A stretch of DNA of 64,000 nt from Vicugna vicugna. Lineage: Eukaryota. How positions within the stretch are numbered: the first letter of the stretch is position 1; each line of letters opens with the position of its first letter. Below, one piece after another: positions 1 through 12,986 of the stretch. The stretch spans positions 1 through 64,000 of the forward strand of contig MU058134.1 of NCBI GenBank assembly GCA_013265495.1, given 5' to 3'. A program made the position numbers and the translations under genes. The notes below the pieces were generated by a model that was not told where the DNA came from, ran no database searches, and worked only from the letters and a program-made list of their open reading frames with translations.

Positions 1-44
1 TAATGATGGCCATTCTGACTGGTGTGAGGTGATACTTCATTGTA

Positions 45-665
45 TGGAGAGACTGTATTAACATCAGGAAATTGAAGCCACTGAGAGAAAAAAATCAAAG
101 ACATTACATACATTGCTGATGAGAATGTAAAATGGTGATGTCACTTTGGAAAACTAGCAGGTCCCCCAAAAGTTAAACACAGGGTCACTTTATGACTCAG
201 CAATTCTAATCCCTGTTGTCACCCAAGAGAGATGAGGATACACGTCCACAGAGCAACTGGAACAGCCAAAAGTAGAAACCACACAATTGACCATCATCTG
301 ATGGACAATAAAATGTGGTGTATTCATACAAGGACATATGATTCACCAGTAAAAGGAAGGAAGCATTGACAGGGGCTACCACAGGGATAACCCTTGAAAA
401 CATCACACTACGTAAAGGAAGCCAGTCACAGAGGACCACATACTGTGTGAGCCCATTTACATGATGAGTCCAGGGCAGGAAAATCCAGAGAGACAGAAAG
501 GAGGAGGCAGTGGCCCAGGGCTGAGGGCATAGGTATGGGTTTATTGGGAGTCAGAGAGCTGGGGGGCTTCTCTGGGGGAAGTGAACACACCTGAAAACCC
601 ATCACAGGGACGGCAGCACAGCTCTGCGATGCACCGAGCCTTTAAAGAGCGACTTGTGTCTCCAA
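45..665 (+). mobile_element. Old LINE-1 (L1M-type) ORF2 3' end/3' UTR fragment; bases 1-43 are a short antisense L1 piece
   Basis: Degenerate L1 hallmarks: acattgctgatgagaatgtaaaatggt, cagcaattc, gccaaaagtagaaacc, ccatcatctgatggacaataaaatgtggtgtattcataca, aaggaagccagtcaca. Confidence 0.8.
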
Positions 666-1490
666 AGATATGTTAGATAAAGAACAGGACACACAATGAG
701 GGCTGTGGAGACTAAAATTCTCCTGACTTACCTGGTAGTGAACGTGCTATGCAGACAGATTTGAAAGTGCAGACACCCACCCCTCAATGTCCAAGCCCAC
801 CTGCATCCACAAGTGTGTGTTTGCTCTAATTTGCCTACTAAGAATGTCCCTAGAAAGAGTTCACGGTATGGAAATGATTTTTTAAGGCTCAGAGATCACA
901 GGTGGGTAACCAGCAGTGAGCTCATGGCATTGTGTAATTAGGTCTTACTCATCCCACAGACATGTTATACAATAGTCACCTTCACAAGGGACCCTCTCCG
1001 ATGACTCTCCAGCTCACACACGGTCGGTCCAGTGGGTGACTCACACACCCTGCCTGTGCAGAGGATGGGGGTAGAACACGAAGTAAAGCTTGTCTGCTGC
1101 CCTCAGGGACCCGCCTGGTTAACAGAACAACACAGGCCAGTGCCAGAAGGCAGGCGGTTCACCCACAGCTACACAGCGTGACTCAGACACACCTGCTGGA
1201 TCATGGCCTCTGCTGAGCCTGTGGGTCTGCTGGGCCACCCTAAGTGAGAGGGAATGTCCCTATCAGTTTGTGGAATGGCCCTTGTGGCCCAGGACTCAGA
1301 TCCACTACCAGTCCAACTGTGAAGGGAGCGTGCAGGGCACAGGTGGGCATCCTGGACCCGCTCCAGTTCACAGCTTCATCTGCTCTGACTGCCCAGTGCC
1401 ACGTCCTACCTTCTGTTAAATATTTTTAATGCCCATCTGTTGCCCTGTCTGAAAAATGATGATACAATAATAAGTACTAAACAGTAGTGG

Positions 1491-1690
1491 TGAAAGGGAG
1501 GAAAAAGTTCTACCCTCTTAGGTTCTGTAACTGGACCTGTGAATTAAACTGACCTAAGACAGACCTAGCAGGAGAAGAGCCTATGCATTTACTTTATATT
1601 TTTATGTGTACATGGAGTCTTTAGAAGGAAAATGACCCCAAAGAAGCCATTAGGTTCAGAAGCATATGTACCTTTTTATACAAGGTCAGA
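1491..1690. mobile_element. Probable ERV LTR fragment
   Basis: Begins TGAAAGGGAGG...ctaccctcttaggttc...aaactgacctaagacag, resembling mammalian ERV1-type LTR ends. No matching other end or TSD found. Confidence 0.35.
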
Positions 1691-2950
1691 GAGCCTGTCC
1701 TGTACCTGCTGCTTCAGTTCAAAGTGATCAAGGTGCCAAATGGGATGTTTGGGGGCAGTTCTGTGCCCCCCCACAGGAGTGGGCAGACGATGCACTGGTT
1801 GTCTCTGCCGGATGCTGGATGGACAAGGGGGCCTGGGCTGCAGGACCAGAAGTCGGTCCACACCCAGCACCTCCAGGACAAGGGCTTTCAGCTTCTCGAC
1901 CATCTTGCTCTAGGGAGAGGAGGGAGAGGCCGCATACTCTGGGGCATTTGGAAATGGAGAGGAGGGGACAGCAGGAGTGTCCTAATAACTGGAGGCTCTG
2001 TGTTTAGGGACAGGGCCGGCCTCAGCCTCCCTCCTCCCACGACTGCTGCCAGCTCCCAGGGTTCCCTCCACCCACGTTCCCACATTTTTGGAAACAGCTT
2101 CTCTTACAGCCTGTGCGCATCTCAGGGCCCCGACAGGACAGCGTGGGCACTTGGCCAGCAGCTCTGCACTGTTGGGAGAGTCACTCACTGTCAGGAGAGT
2201 CACTGCTGGGCCACGTGATGCCAGCGCTGCCCGCTATCCATCCGCCTCCATCAATCTGGCACCTGGTCTCTTCGCCATGCACATGTCCCATCATTCACAC
2301 TTTTCAGATAGTTAAAATGGCAATGGTCAAATCTGTGAATGTCAGGGAGGTGTTGTATCTAGGCCGTCTTCCTTTTGAAGAAGTGATTGTGTCTATATGT
2401 TTTCATCAAAGAATGAAAATTCTTTTTATGAGTATTGTAGAACTTAGGGACACTTCAAAAGAGCACAAAGAGGAAAATAAACATCATTTATAAGCCTACT
2501 GTTCAGAAATACCACACTTAAAGAAATTTTTATTTAAAAACTGATTTAAAAGCTGTTTTATAAAAAGGCAGTAATTGGAGCTTTAGAATTATTGTGGGTT
2601 ATTTTTTTAACCCATAGGAACCACTACAAATACACCTTAGGTTTTCAGAAGAGCTAAAGAAACTTTTTAAAACCCATAGGGAGAAATTGCTCCCTTCTCT
2701 GGCACCTGGGCAGCAGCCCCTGGACCTTGTGGAAGCACCTGACAGGGGCCTGTGAACCCCCACACCTGGGACCACGGCGAGACCGTGCCCTCTGGCAGGG
2801 CAGAGGTGACCTGGGAAATCCACAAACAAACAAAAAAATGACATGTCTGCCCAGGCTTCACCCAGCAATGGGCAGGCACCATCTCCTCCTGCCAGTCCGC
2901 CTCCAGTCAAGGCCTGAAGCTGATGTCTGTTCTGGGTATTGGTGAGTCCC

Positions 2951-2973
2951 CCTCCTCCTCCTCCTCCTCCTCC
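2951..2973. repeat. (CCT)n microsatellite
   Basis: Directly visible run cctcctcctcctcctcctcctcc. Confidence 0.9.
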
Positions 2974-5084
2974 AACACATGATATATAATATCTCTGTAA
3001 ATGCACACATGTCTTTCTGTTAACATTAGAATCACAATGGGAGTTATCAAGATGAAAAGGACCCCATCCTGCCACCCTACTTTCCAGTGAGGAGCAGGGC
3101 TTGCAGGGGAGGCTGGTGGAAGTGGGTGCAGGAACACTGAGGGCCCCAGAGCTCCTCCTGCCATGGCCCAGCTAATGTTACATTGGCCAGAGTGAGTCAT
3201 GGGACCAGCGGGGATGAGGGGAAGGGGCCTCTGCTCTTGAGGAGAGGAATTGCAGGGCCACAGAGCAAGGGGCTGTCAGAGTGTCTAGTTTTCCTAGAGA
3301 CTGGAGGGGTTGACAGGGACTCTCCATGTGCGTCACCTCATCCTTGTCTTGTTAAAAACTGGCATCAAGTCCTAACGATCACCTGATGTGGGTGCAGGCT
3401 GCCCCTCGCTGGAGCCAAGGGGTAGCGCTGGCGTGGCAGAGGCAGTGTTCTGGGGTGAAAACCAGTACCAGGCTGCTCAGCTGGAATACCAGACTGACGA
3501 CCTGGCCAGCCGTCCTGAGACTTGCTGCCCCCGGTGTCCTGCGGGGGATGCTGGGGGACGTGGGGCCCACGCTCTGTCGGCTGTCTTCACCCAGTGCACA
3601 TTCTATCTTAGGGACCCCCAAGTTTTCAGAATTGCAGGAAGAGGGCATCTGTGGGTAAGGGGAAAAGAATCCATCAGAGGAAGGAAGAGAGCCTTTGACT
3701 GCAGCAGAGGCTTTCTCACGTGGTGCCTTTCTCCATCCCTACAAAACCATACAAGGAAGGTGCATTTATCCCACACAGGATGTCAGGCCAGGTAACCAGC
3801 CACAGACAGAGCCCGGAGTCGGTTCCAGACTTCCTGGCTTCAAAACAAATGCCCCTTCCCATCCCTGCATTGACTCACAATCAGGACCTGGGCCAAACAT
3901 TTGAGCAAGCAGTCCATGCAGCTATTTAAGATCTTTACAAAAAAACTATCTCAAAATGAATACATTTCCTTCTTAAAGCACAAAACAAAGTATTAGACTT
4001 GCCAGTTATCTCAGAAACTATTATCTTTGTACAGGTAATTTATTCACCTCCCTGTTTAATTAATATCCTGTTCTTAGTCATTGGTTTTGGAAAGTTCCTG
4101 GTCCCTTTGATTCAGAAGGGATGTGATGTCACTTAAGTTGACACTGTTAAACTTCCACTGCATCGGGGAGGGCTGCCTGTCCTGTGGCCACCAGGGCAAG
4201 CACATCAAGCCATTGCCTTTTCCACAACAGCCTGTTCATTTCTCGGCACAGCCATAGCCAAAATAATTAGGTCTCCCGATACAGGTCTTTAGGCTCCAAG
4301 GCCCCATCTGCCCTCTCAGAACAAGCCCAGGTGATGTGCGAATCGCCAGCTGATTGTGTGGAATCATATTTATTGAAGATTAAAGTCGGCACAGTGCTTT
4401 AAGGCTTTGTAGAGAGAATTAGAAACATGTAACTGCAATTTGACACCAATGTTTTCTTCCACTCAGGTGGAAGAAACAAACGCCACTATTTGAAGTGTTA
4501 CACTCAGAATGAAGCACATTGGGTTCTTGTTAAGAAAGAACAATTGTGTAACTTCCTCGTCTTGACTGGCTTCCCCCCCAAGGAGTGTGCGTCGGCTTCA
4601 GTGCCCATCGGGTGGCTGTGGGATGAGCTGCAGTCCCCAAGCTTCTGGGGGCCTCAGGCAGGGCTCTGGCCCCACCCTCGAGGGCCGTGCTCCAGGCAGG
4701 AGTGAGGTGCACCTTCCCATGCCCACCCACTCAGCCCTGATGCCCTGAGTCTTCGCCCACAGGACCAGGAGGTCTCATTCCCCTTTGTCTCTTGTTTTCT
4801 GATGAACTTCACAGCTGCCTTAGAGTGATTACAAAGCAGAGAATGGAAAACTAGTGAGAGCTCCAAAAAAGGTGACCAACATGATTCAAAGCAATGACTA
4901 GTAAGAGAAGACATGAAAGGAAGAGATTCAAAGGAAACTTTTCTCACTATTGTTGATATGGGTTTTTGTAAATGGGGTATTGATCCTTTTCTCCAAAAGT
5001 GCAGAAATATCAGCAACAGGATGTGATTAAATTAAAGCAAAGATATTTTATTTATTTATTTAAAAATATTTTTATTAAAAGACA

Positions 5085-5283
5085 TTTTTTTTTAGAACAC
5101 TTTCAGGTTCACAGCAGAATTGAGCAGAAAATACACAGAGTTCACACATAGCCCTCCCCACCCACACATATATACTCCCCTACCCACAGCATCCCTCATC
5201 AGTGTGGCATATTTGGTACAATCGATGAACCAACATGGGCACATTATTATCAACCAAAGTCCATAGTTTATATTAGGGCTCAC
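5085..5283 (-). mobile_element. Old L1M 3' end (antisense)
   Basis: T-run followed by tcaggttcacagcagaattgagcagaaaatacacagag...tacaatcgatgaacc...ccaaagtccatagttta, typical of an old L1 3' UTR in reverse. Confidence 0.75.
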
Positions 5284-5915
5284 TTTTTTTTTTCACTTTT
5301 TTTTTAATTGAGTTATAGTCATTTTACAATGTTGTGTCAAATTCCAGTGTAGAGCACAATTTTTCAGTTATACATGAACATACATATATTCATTGTCACA
5401 TTTTGTTTCACTGGGACCTACCACAAGATCTTGTATATATTTCCCTGTCCTATACAGTATAACCTTGTTTATCTATTCTGCATATGCCTGTCAGTATCTA
5501 TAAATTTTGAAATCCCAGTCTGTCCCTTCCCACCCACTGCCCCCTTGGCAACCACAAATTTGTATTCTATGTCTATGAGTCTGTTTCTGTTCTGTATTTA
5601 TTTATTTATTTTTTATATTCCACATATGAGTGATCTCTTATGGTATTTTTCTTTCTCTTTCTGGCTTACTTCACTTAGAATGACATTCTCCAGGAGCATC
5701 CATGTTTCTGCAAATGGCATTATGTCGTCGGCTTTTATGGCTGAGTAGTATTCCATTGTATAAATATACCACCTCTTCTTTATCCAGTCATCCGTTGATG
5801 GACATTTAGACTGTCTCCATGTCTTGGCTATTGTAAATGGTGCTGCTATGAACATTGGGGTGCAGGTGTCATCCTGAAGCAGGGTTCCTTCTGGATATAT
5901 GTCCAAGAGTGGGAT
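5284..5915 (-). mobile_element. Young 5'-truncated LINE-1 (ORF2 C-terminus + 3' UTR + polyA)
   Basis: ORF 5613..5969 encodes IPLLDIYP...CTPMFIAAPFTIAKTWRQSKCPSTDDWIKKRWYIYTMEYYSAIK (L1 ORF2 C-terminus). Its 3' UTR matches the copy at 61144-61408, and there is a polyT at 5284-5305. Confidence 0.95.
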
Positions 5916-6689
5916 GGAATCCCTTGTATTAAGGTGATTAAATGAATCATGTTTCATGTATTTGATCAAGTAATACCATCAGTAGAGTAAAGGGCATTAT
6001 TTTGAAAAATATAAAAAAAAAATACTGGCTATTTTTCAAGACAAAGAAGGCAAGTCTATGAAGATGACAATTGGAGAAGAGACACTCAACACAACCAAAC
6101 TTACAATTCTATGATGTGCAAGGGAATTCAGTAAGTCCAGTTGTTCAAAAAAGCAAAGATGTAGACTTCCCAAAATGTGTACAGGAAAAAAAAAGTAAAT
6201 AAAGTAAACTATCTAGCTAAATTATACCTGTGCCTGTTTAAAGTAATTAGATGGTTAAGAAGGAAGGGGAGGAAGAGGTCACTATTAGGAAAATGGAAGA
6301 GAAAATGCAGTGATAACTTTTTGAATACAATCAGTTAAAACTCATAATAGCCTTAAGACATTTCAACCTCCCTTCCCAGCACACTCCACATTAGGAAGAG
6401 TGGAAGAGAGCAGATGTATCTAAGCATCAAAGGGCAGACGGGGAGGCAGAAAAAGTACTGCTTGTAATTGCCAAATTTACGTGTGGAACAAGAGATGAAC
6501 CAGGGAATTACAGGCCAATAAACCTGAATTCAATTTAGAGAAAGAAATGGAAAACACGTGGAACTGCTTAGGTACCAAGCCCTTGAGGAATTTCTATAAC
6601 CGTGCTTCCCAAAAGCCAGATCAATAGTTTGGCAACATTAAAATTCCCTCAGAGGCAGGGAGACATTTTTCAAAGTGCAAAAATATGAA

Positions 6690-8184
6690 GTTCTCTGTCA
6701 GACATCTTGAAATAGACCTTCTGGAGGAACCAAGAAAGCAACACTTGAGACCAGCTCCTCCAGAGGACTCATTTGCACATTCACATGTGAGACCCACAGC
6801 TCCAGAGCATGAGACGAAGTGACAATAAGAGATGATGGATCAAAAAATTTTAAATACTTATGGCATCTTTTCAAATCAGTGCTACTCACTCAATACATGT
6901 GTTACACATTAAGAGTATGCAGTTTATAAAAGCAAACTGAATTTCAACCTATGATTATAATTTTAAATGGATGCCCCGAATTTTTTAAACCAGGACAAGC
7001 TATAAGTAAAATTGTCTTAGCTCAAATATTCTAGCATTATATTTGTAGGATTTAACTTGCTTAGTAAAAATCCTTTTAAAAAAATTTTTTTTGAGATTAA
7101 CTTATAAAAATCACACCATATGGGAGAAACGGGGTGGAAGATAACCTTCCATGAGAGAAAAGGTACAATGGACAGAGGAATAAAGTGGAGCTTATTCGGT
7201 GAAGAGCTCAGTCCTGTTTACCTGAACTCTGTGGCTACACATGCACCTGTTGTCAATTCCAAAAGAATATATTACAAACAGATCAGTTCGTTTCTTTCAT
7301 GGCTGGTCTCTTCTGTTCAGAAAGTAAATGTATAAACTCCTGCTCCATGCTTTTGTTTATCCATCTGTATCAATATGATGTTTAAATAAAAAGGCAAAAA
7401 AAAAAAAAAAAGTCCTCCAAACTCCAAATTCTTCAATTAATGCTAACACCATGTCTCTTGATTCTCTCTCTGGATCTCACCTGACAGTCGTAAGCCAAAA
7501 AGGGAAGGATCCTGGAGTTGAAGTCCCACTTTCCATCACCCACTTCTTCCCCATCCTCAAAGAATACTTTGACAAAAGCACCATCATAGACATTCATGTA
7601 ACATAAATATAAGGGTGAGTGATTCTTCTCAATCTTGAGACTATCCAGATATTTACCAAAGCTTCTTGCCACCTAAGAACTGGACTGTCATGATTGCATC
7701 AACTGAGTCACTTTGAGGTGATTAATAAAGATACTGTTATACCCTTTGGAATGTATCCTGCCATAATAAGAAAGACTCAGAAAGAAAAATTAGTCATTGT
7801 ATCTCAAAAAACAGATCAAAGCCCTTTTTAGTCACAAAGTCATTACCCTCTAAGCTTGTATAAAGGAGTCAGTCACTGACAGCTCACATTACACACACTG
7901 GAAGTTGGAAACACATGGTCTGAACTAGTTTCCTGCCTACATCCTGGACTGTCCAGACTGTATGTGCAGCAAAGGCTTTGGCATCTACTTTTTTGTGTGT
8001 GCGAGATACTAGACACAAATCATAATGCATATTGTCACTTAAGTTTATAATTACTTCCTAGTGAAATGAACACGAATGTCTGCCATGTTGGGAAATGCCA
8101 AAAATGTTCACATGAGGTGTGACCACAGGCGAGTGGTCTCTCTGGAAAAGGGTGGCCAGTATCTTCATTGTATCAACCACCGTG
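6690..8184 (-). pseudogene. Candidate decayed multi-exon protein-kinase-like gene, unidentified. Segments: 8055-8184, 7481-7672, 7222-7312, ~6690-6770
   Basis: 7481-7672 is a 192-bp stop-free phase-0 exon (ttcttag|GTG ... CAG|gtgaga). 7222-7312 has ag/gt ends and reads KRPAMKET/ELICL*YILLELTTG with one frameshift. Motif order resembles kinase subdomains III-XI. Confidence 0.4.
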
Positions 8185-10399
8185 CTTTGAGATGGAAAAT
8201 GAAAAGTGAATCCTATCAGGGAAGACTGTGATGGAAATTCTGCTGTACTCTACTCTTCTAGCTCTTAAATTGTGTGTAATCAAGTCTTCAATCTCTTGAA
8301 TTTTGAAATTCAAACTTTCTATGTTAAAATATTATCCAGTAATGATTAGACCTAAATACAGCCCTCACTGGAGTAAGAGCATGGGAAAATGCGTAAGTCT
8401 TAGAACCCTCTAAGACTGAAAAAAAAGGTTGTACATTGAAGGATTTGTTCTTTAACAGCCTGGAACTGGAGGAATTCTTCTACCATCTAGTGAAATACCA
8501 TCAGTCACAGCACAAAAGTGACAGAAACAATGTTAGATGGAAAAAACAAGAATCACAAAGTTTACCATTTTCTCTGCATGTGTTTAAAGGCGGAGAAAGA
8601 GAGGAAGTAAAGGATCAGCATGAGAGGAGGTGTCACAAATCCTTCTTATGTTAACACATTAAAATTTACTCAGTCATTTAACTTCCCATAAAATGTCATC
8701 CTTTTTGTTAAATCTACCAAGACTAGGGTTATGTCTCATAGGGCTCCATTCAATCGTTCTAGAACAAAGGGCAAATATTATTCTTTTTTTGTAATGCTAA
8801 TTATTCGTAGGATAATGTGCAGTGGGGGAAAGTCCTTTCCCAAACTTCTCTTACCCTCCCCCGCCCCCCCAATATGTTCTCCTTCTTGGCTTCTCTCCAC
8901 TTTATATCTGCAATGTCTTACATGTGAGACCTAAGAAAAGAACTCCTAGAGCTTAAGTGACTGAGCCTCTTCTTTGCATCTTCCTGGAAGCAGGAAAACA
9001 GTTTTCCCCTTTTAATACCACTCTGACTCATTTGCTACAACTTTTAAAATAAGATGAAAATCCCTAGATGTATGTAAAACAGCTAACTCTTTTCCCAAAT
9101 CACTCAGACAGCTCTTTCAATATATGCGTGCGTACATATGCTGTATTCTATACATTTCCTTTAAGAACACACATAGATCTGCAGGAATATGACTTTGTGT
9201 ATCTATAGTTAGAAATGTGTGTAACTGTAACATTACAGATAAGTTGAAACAAAGACACTCTTTGTTAATGGTGCCTAGAATAGTGATGAAGGACTCATAG
9301 CTACAGTATGAACACCTTTGCTACTGAGGAAGAAAGCGTATCTCAGATGAAATTATTTGAGACAAAGTCAATTTGTCAAAGTCTGAATTAAGAAGATATT
9401 TGGTAATGCCTTAATATTTCTCTCCATCCTTTTGCCCCATGAAATCAACATTCAAATGGCTAAAACATTTTGTTGTTTCTCTAGGTATTTTTGTCAACAG
9501 AGGGCCAGAATCTAAATAATAATAAAACAACATTTATGGAATCCATATTACAGTGGTAAATTCTGTAATTTGGTCATTGACACCAGAGCAGAATGCCCAT
9601 TTTTTCAACAATAGCACAATCCCTCATAAGCCCTCGCAGTGACACTGGAGTCCGAAGCCCTGGTTTTCTACCCTGGTTTCTACCAAGAGCTTCCTGTGAA
9701 GGCTGAGGTGATGTCATGCCCACAACCAGGTCTACGGACTCCTCATCTAATAAAGCTTTGATTTAGACTGTGTTGAGAGCCCCAGCATGAAAAACAGAAT
9801 TAGGGGGGCAAAGAGCCACAATCTCAGCACTTTGTTGTCATGTCTCAAATAAAATTAGTCAAGGAAATTTCTGGAGGAAAAATAAAAAGTTATTTGTCAA
9901 TTCTTGAGAACAAATATTGAGTATAAATCCAAAACTTATTGCTTAAACCCAACCTTAAGCTTCTTAGCTTTGTGTTTTTTCTCAGTCACACTAGCTCGAA
10001 ACTCTGCCTCATTCATTCGAATTTGTTTTTCTTACAGAGTAATCTGTGTGTGACACATTCTTATTCCTTCTCCACTGAAGCTCCACTCATGATAATATTC
10101 TCCAAACAGGTAACAACCCCAGAGCAGGGAGCACCTCTTAATCCTAACTTGTCCAGGAGAATGGAGGGGAAATGACTGACAAAAGGGAAGAAAACAGGAA
10201 GGCAACTGCACATGTGTCGGGGGGGTGGGAGGGAGAGGGGCACAGTGGGGAATGCGGAAGGGGAAGGGGAAATAGGTAAAATGGGACAGGAGAAGGAAAC
10301 TAAAAAAAAAAAAGGAGAAACCAATTCACCTGCTTTAGATCTCTGTTGTTGAAGCTTTGTCCACCATGTCTTCCCAGTTTTCTGAGGAAAGTCCTGTTC

Positions 10400-10850
10400 C
10401 TCCACCATCCAGCTGCACTACAAGCTGCCATGCGTGGACCCCACAAACTGCCTCCAGCTACAGGAAGAGGCACAGGACTCAGGCTGGGCTAATCAGATAT
10501 TTTCTTCAAGGTTTTTCATAGCAGAGCTGGGAGTGTATGCATATGGACAGAGGGGAGTTATTTCCTCCCAGAAAGGTGATGAGAAATGGTTGCTAGCTCA
10601 TAGAAAATCCCACACCACATGGAAAAAATCAATCTGCTGCAGGAGAGACTGAGGCCAACCAGGAAAGAGAAGCAGAGATGTGGGTAAGAGAGAAAACTCT
10701 ACAGAGATCTCAGCTTGAAGATATTCACAACTGCCCCAGGCTTGCTTGCTCAGCCCTTCCCCACAATCTGAGCAACAGGAATGCCTTCCAGTAAACCTCC
10801 CATATCACTCAGGGCAGTTCACACTGGTTTTCTTCAGAATGAAATCTGAA
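10400..10850. mobile_element. Degenerate MaLR (MLT1-type) LTR
   Basis: ggctgggctaatcaga...gagactgaggccaac...gagaagcagagatg pattern typical of old MLT1 LTRs. Confidence 0.45.
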
Positions 10851-11219
10851 GTCTAGAATGAAAGTCTAGAATAAAATGCCCAAATTCCATTACAAAAGTT
10901 AATCAATCAACCCATTTGTTGTTTCATTCAGAAAACATTTTTTTTCTACCCAACCACCATGATATACCTGGAAATACCACAACAAATAAATCAGAGATTC
11001 AGACTTTCAAGGAAATTACCTGAAAATATTAAAAGACAAAGCATATTAAAATCAAGGAAAAAGTGGAGAATGTTGATAATATAAGACCGAATTTCAGTTT
11101 CTTGTCATGCAGAACATGCTGTGCATTCACCATCAATCCTAATTTGAAGGCAATATACAGAGATTCCAGAAGTAATTATCCTGGATAGTGACTAGGGGTA
11201 TAATTATTTTTAAGGTTAA

Positions 11220-12720
11220 CAATTGACAACTGAAAACAAATGGGCCTTCGTTTTCCCTAAAGTCAGAATAAAGACAATGTGTCTAGTATCACAATAATTA
11301 CTTACTACTACTTTGGAAGAACTAATCAGTACAATTATCCAGAAGAATGAATCACAGAAAAACACTGAGGAGGTGAGATTATCTTTATATGTAAATGATA
11401 TGACCATGTACCCAGACCACTCCAGAGAATTTACAGAAGGATGGTATAATACAATATGATGATTTAACAGGACGGTTATTTGAAATTAATACATATATAA
11501 ATAAATAGCTTTTCTTTAAATAAAAGTTGCTTGGTAAATATAGTTGAAATTCCTAAATCGCAATGAAAAAGGAAAACAAAAATTTAAAGAAGGCTGCAAA
11601 ACACTACTGAAGGGAATAAGCAAACCAGCTTGGTATCTTCCCAGGAAGATTGAATTAAATCAGTGGACAAAACTGAACTGAGAAACAGACTGGAATATAT
11701 GGAAAAACTAATATATAGCAAAGACAGCATTTAAATCAGTGAGAATGCCATAGATTAAATTATTGGTCCCAATGCTTCACTCCTCCTACATCCACACCCT
11801 TGCCCTGGCCTCATCAGAAGCCGAGTGTACATCTGAGCTCCGTGACATTGGGCCTTGTCAGGTAACCAGCTGGCTTTCGGCAGAAGAATGTGGCCAGGAG
11901 ACCACGTCCTAGTTATGAGGCTAAGAACTGATGTGTTACGTGGTGCTGCTCAGAAAAAAAAAAAAAAAAAAAAAGAAACAACTATTTTAAAAAAAGTTTT
12001 GAAATGCTGGAGGCTTTTTGAGGCATGTCAAAAAACTAAAAGCTATCATATAAATATGTTTGGCTTTTAAATATATACATAAATGTAATATAATTAATCT
12101 GAAAAAAACAAATTAACAAAACCAAAATGTATCAACAAATTTACTTTATTATGCATGACAGAGAATGGGTCGGCTTTCTTAATAAATATGTATAAAGCTG
12201 TTGTAAATCAGTAAGAAAAGAAGACAAAATAAGGAATGGCAGGAAAAGGAAGATCTTGCAATAAAAAATAGTTTAAAATATTTTAAAATGCCAAATATTT
12301 ATGTTAATTTAAATTTGCATAAAAATTGATTTCTCACTCATCATATTTGGAAACAAATGAAAAGTACTGGCAGGTATGTATGAAATCAACCATGTTCAAG
12401 CACTGTTGATAAATATTAAATTAATGTATGTCGGGGACAGCCAGTTGGCAGAATACACCACAATTCTAAGTGAATGTAGCCATTAATGCAGCAATCCCAC
12501 CTCTAGAAATTTTATGTTAGATAAACACACACGCTTAAGATTAAGTAAGCATACTGCATTGTTGTTTGTAATAGAAACAACCTTGAAAGTGAACTATTTG
12601 TCCAGCAATAAGGCCAGAGTTAAATAAAGTAGCACATAGGTAAGTTATAAATTACCATAAAAATATAAGATCGTTCTATATGTTCTGATAAGAAAAATCC
12701 TCCAAAGTATATCTTTATGT
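11220..12720 (+). mobile_element. Highly degenerate old L1 ORF2/3' fragments, interrupted by an MLT-like piece and an A-run (~11770-11975)
   Basis: aagacaatgtgtctagtatcacaataattactt...atgatatgaccatgtacccaga, gcagcaatcccacctctagaaattt, gcattgttgtttgtaatag. Confidence 0.55.
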
Positions 12721-12986
12721 TAAAAATGGGTAGCGTATTTTAAATAATGTTATTCACATGAGGGGAAAGGAAAAAAGGGACACAGGAAGGAAGGAATTGT
12801 GTATGTGTCTAGAAGTTTCTGGAAGTTACGCAAGTAACATGGAGAAAAGAAAATCCGGTTTTTGAAAAAAATAAACAGAACCAAAAACCCTTAGGCAGAT
12901 GGCTGACCTCAATACACAGACTCAGTAGGTCTGCCATTTTTAATATGATGCTATAATAGAAGACTCGTTTTTCTTGTTAAATGCAG

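Noticed and set aside
1666..3800. Short ORFs, including poly-G and poly-E frames
   Set aside because: Explained by GC content and the (CCT)n microsatellite.
7930..8008. Extra exon YLAHTKK... that would give an E-YLAH kinase hinge motif
   Set aside because: The implied intron is only 46 bp, there is an early stop, and there is no donor, so it was not counted as support for the kinase-like call.
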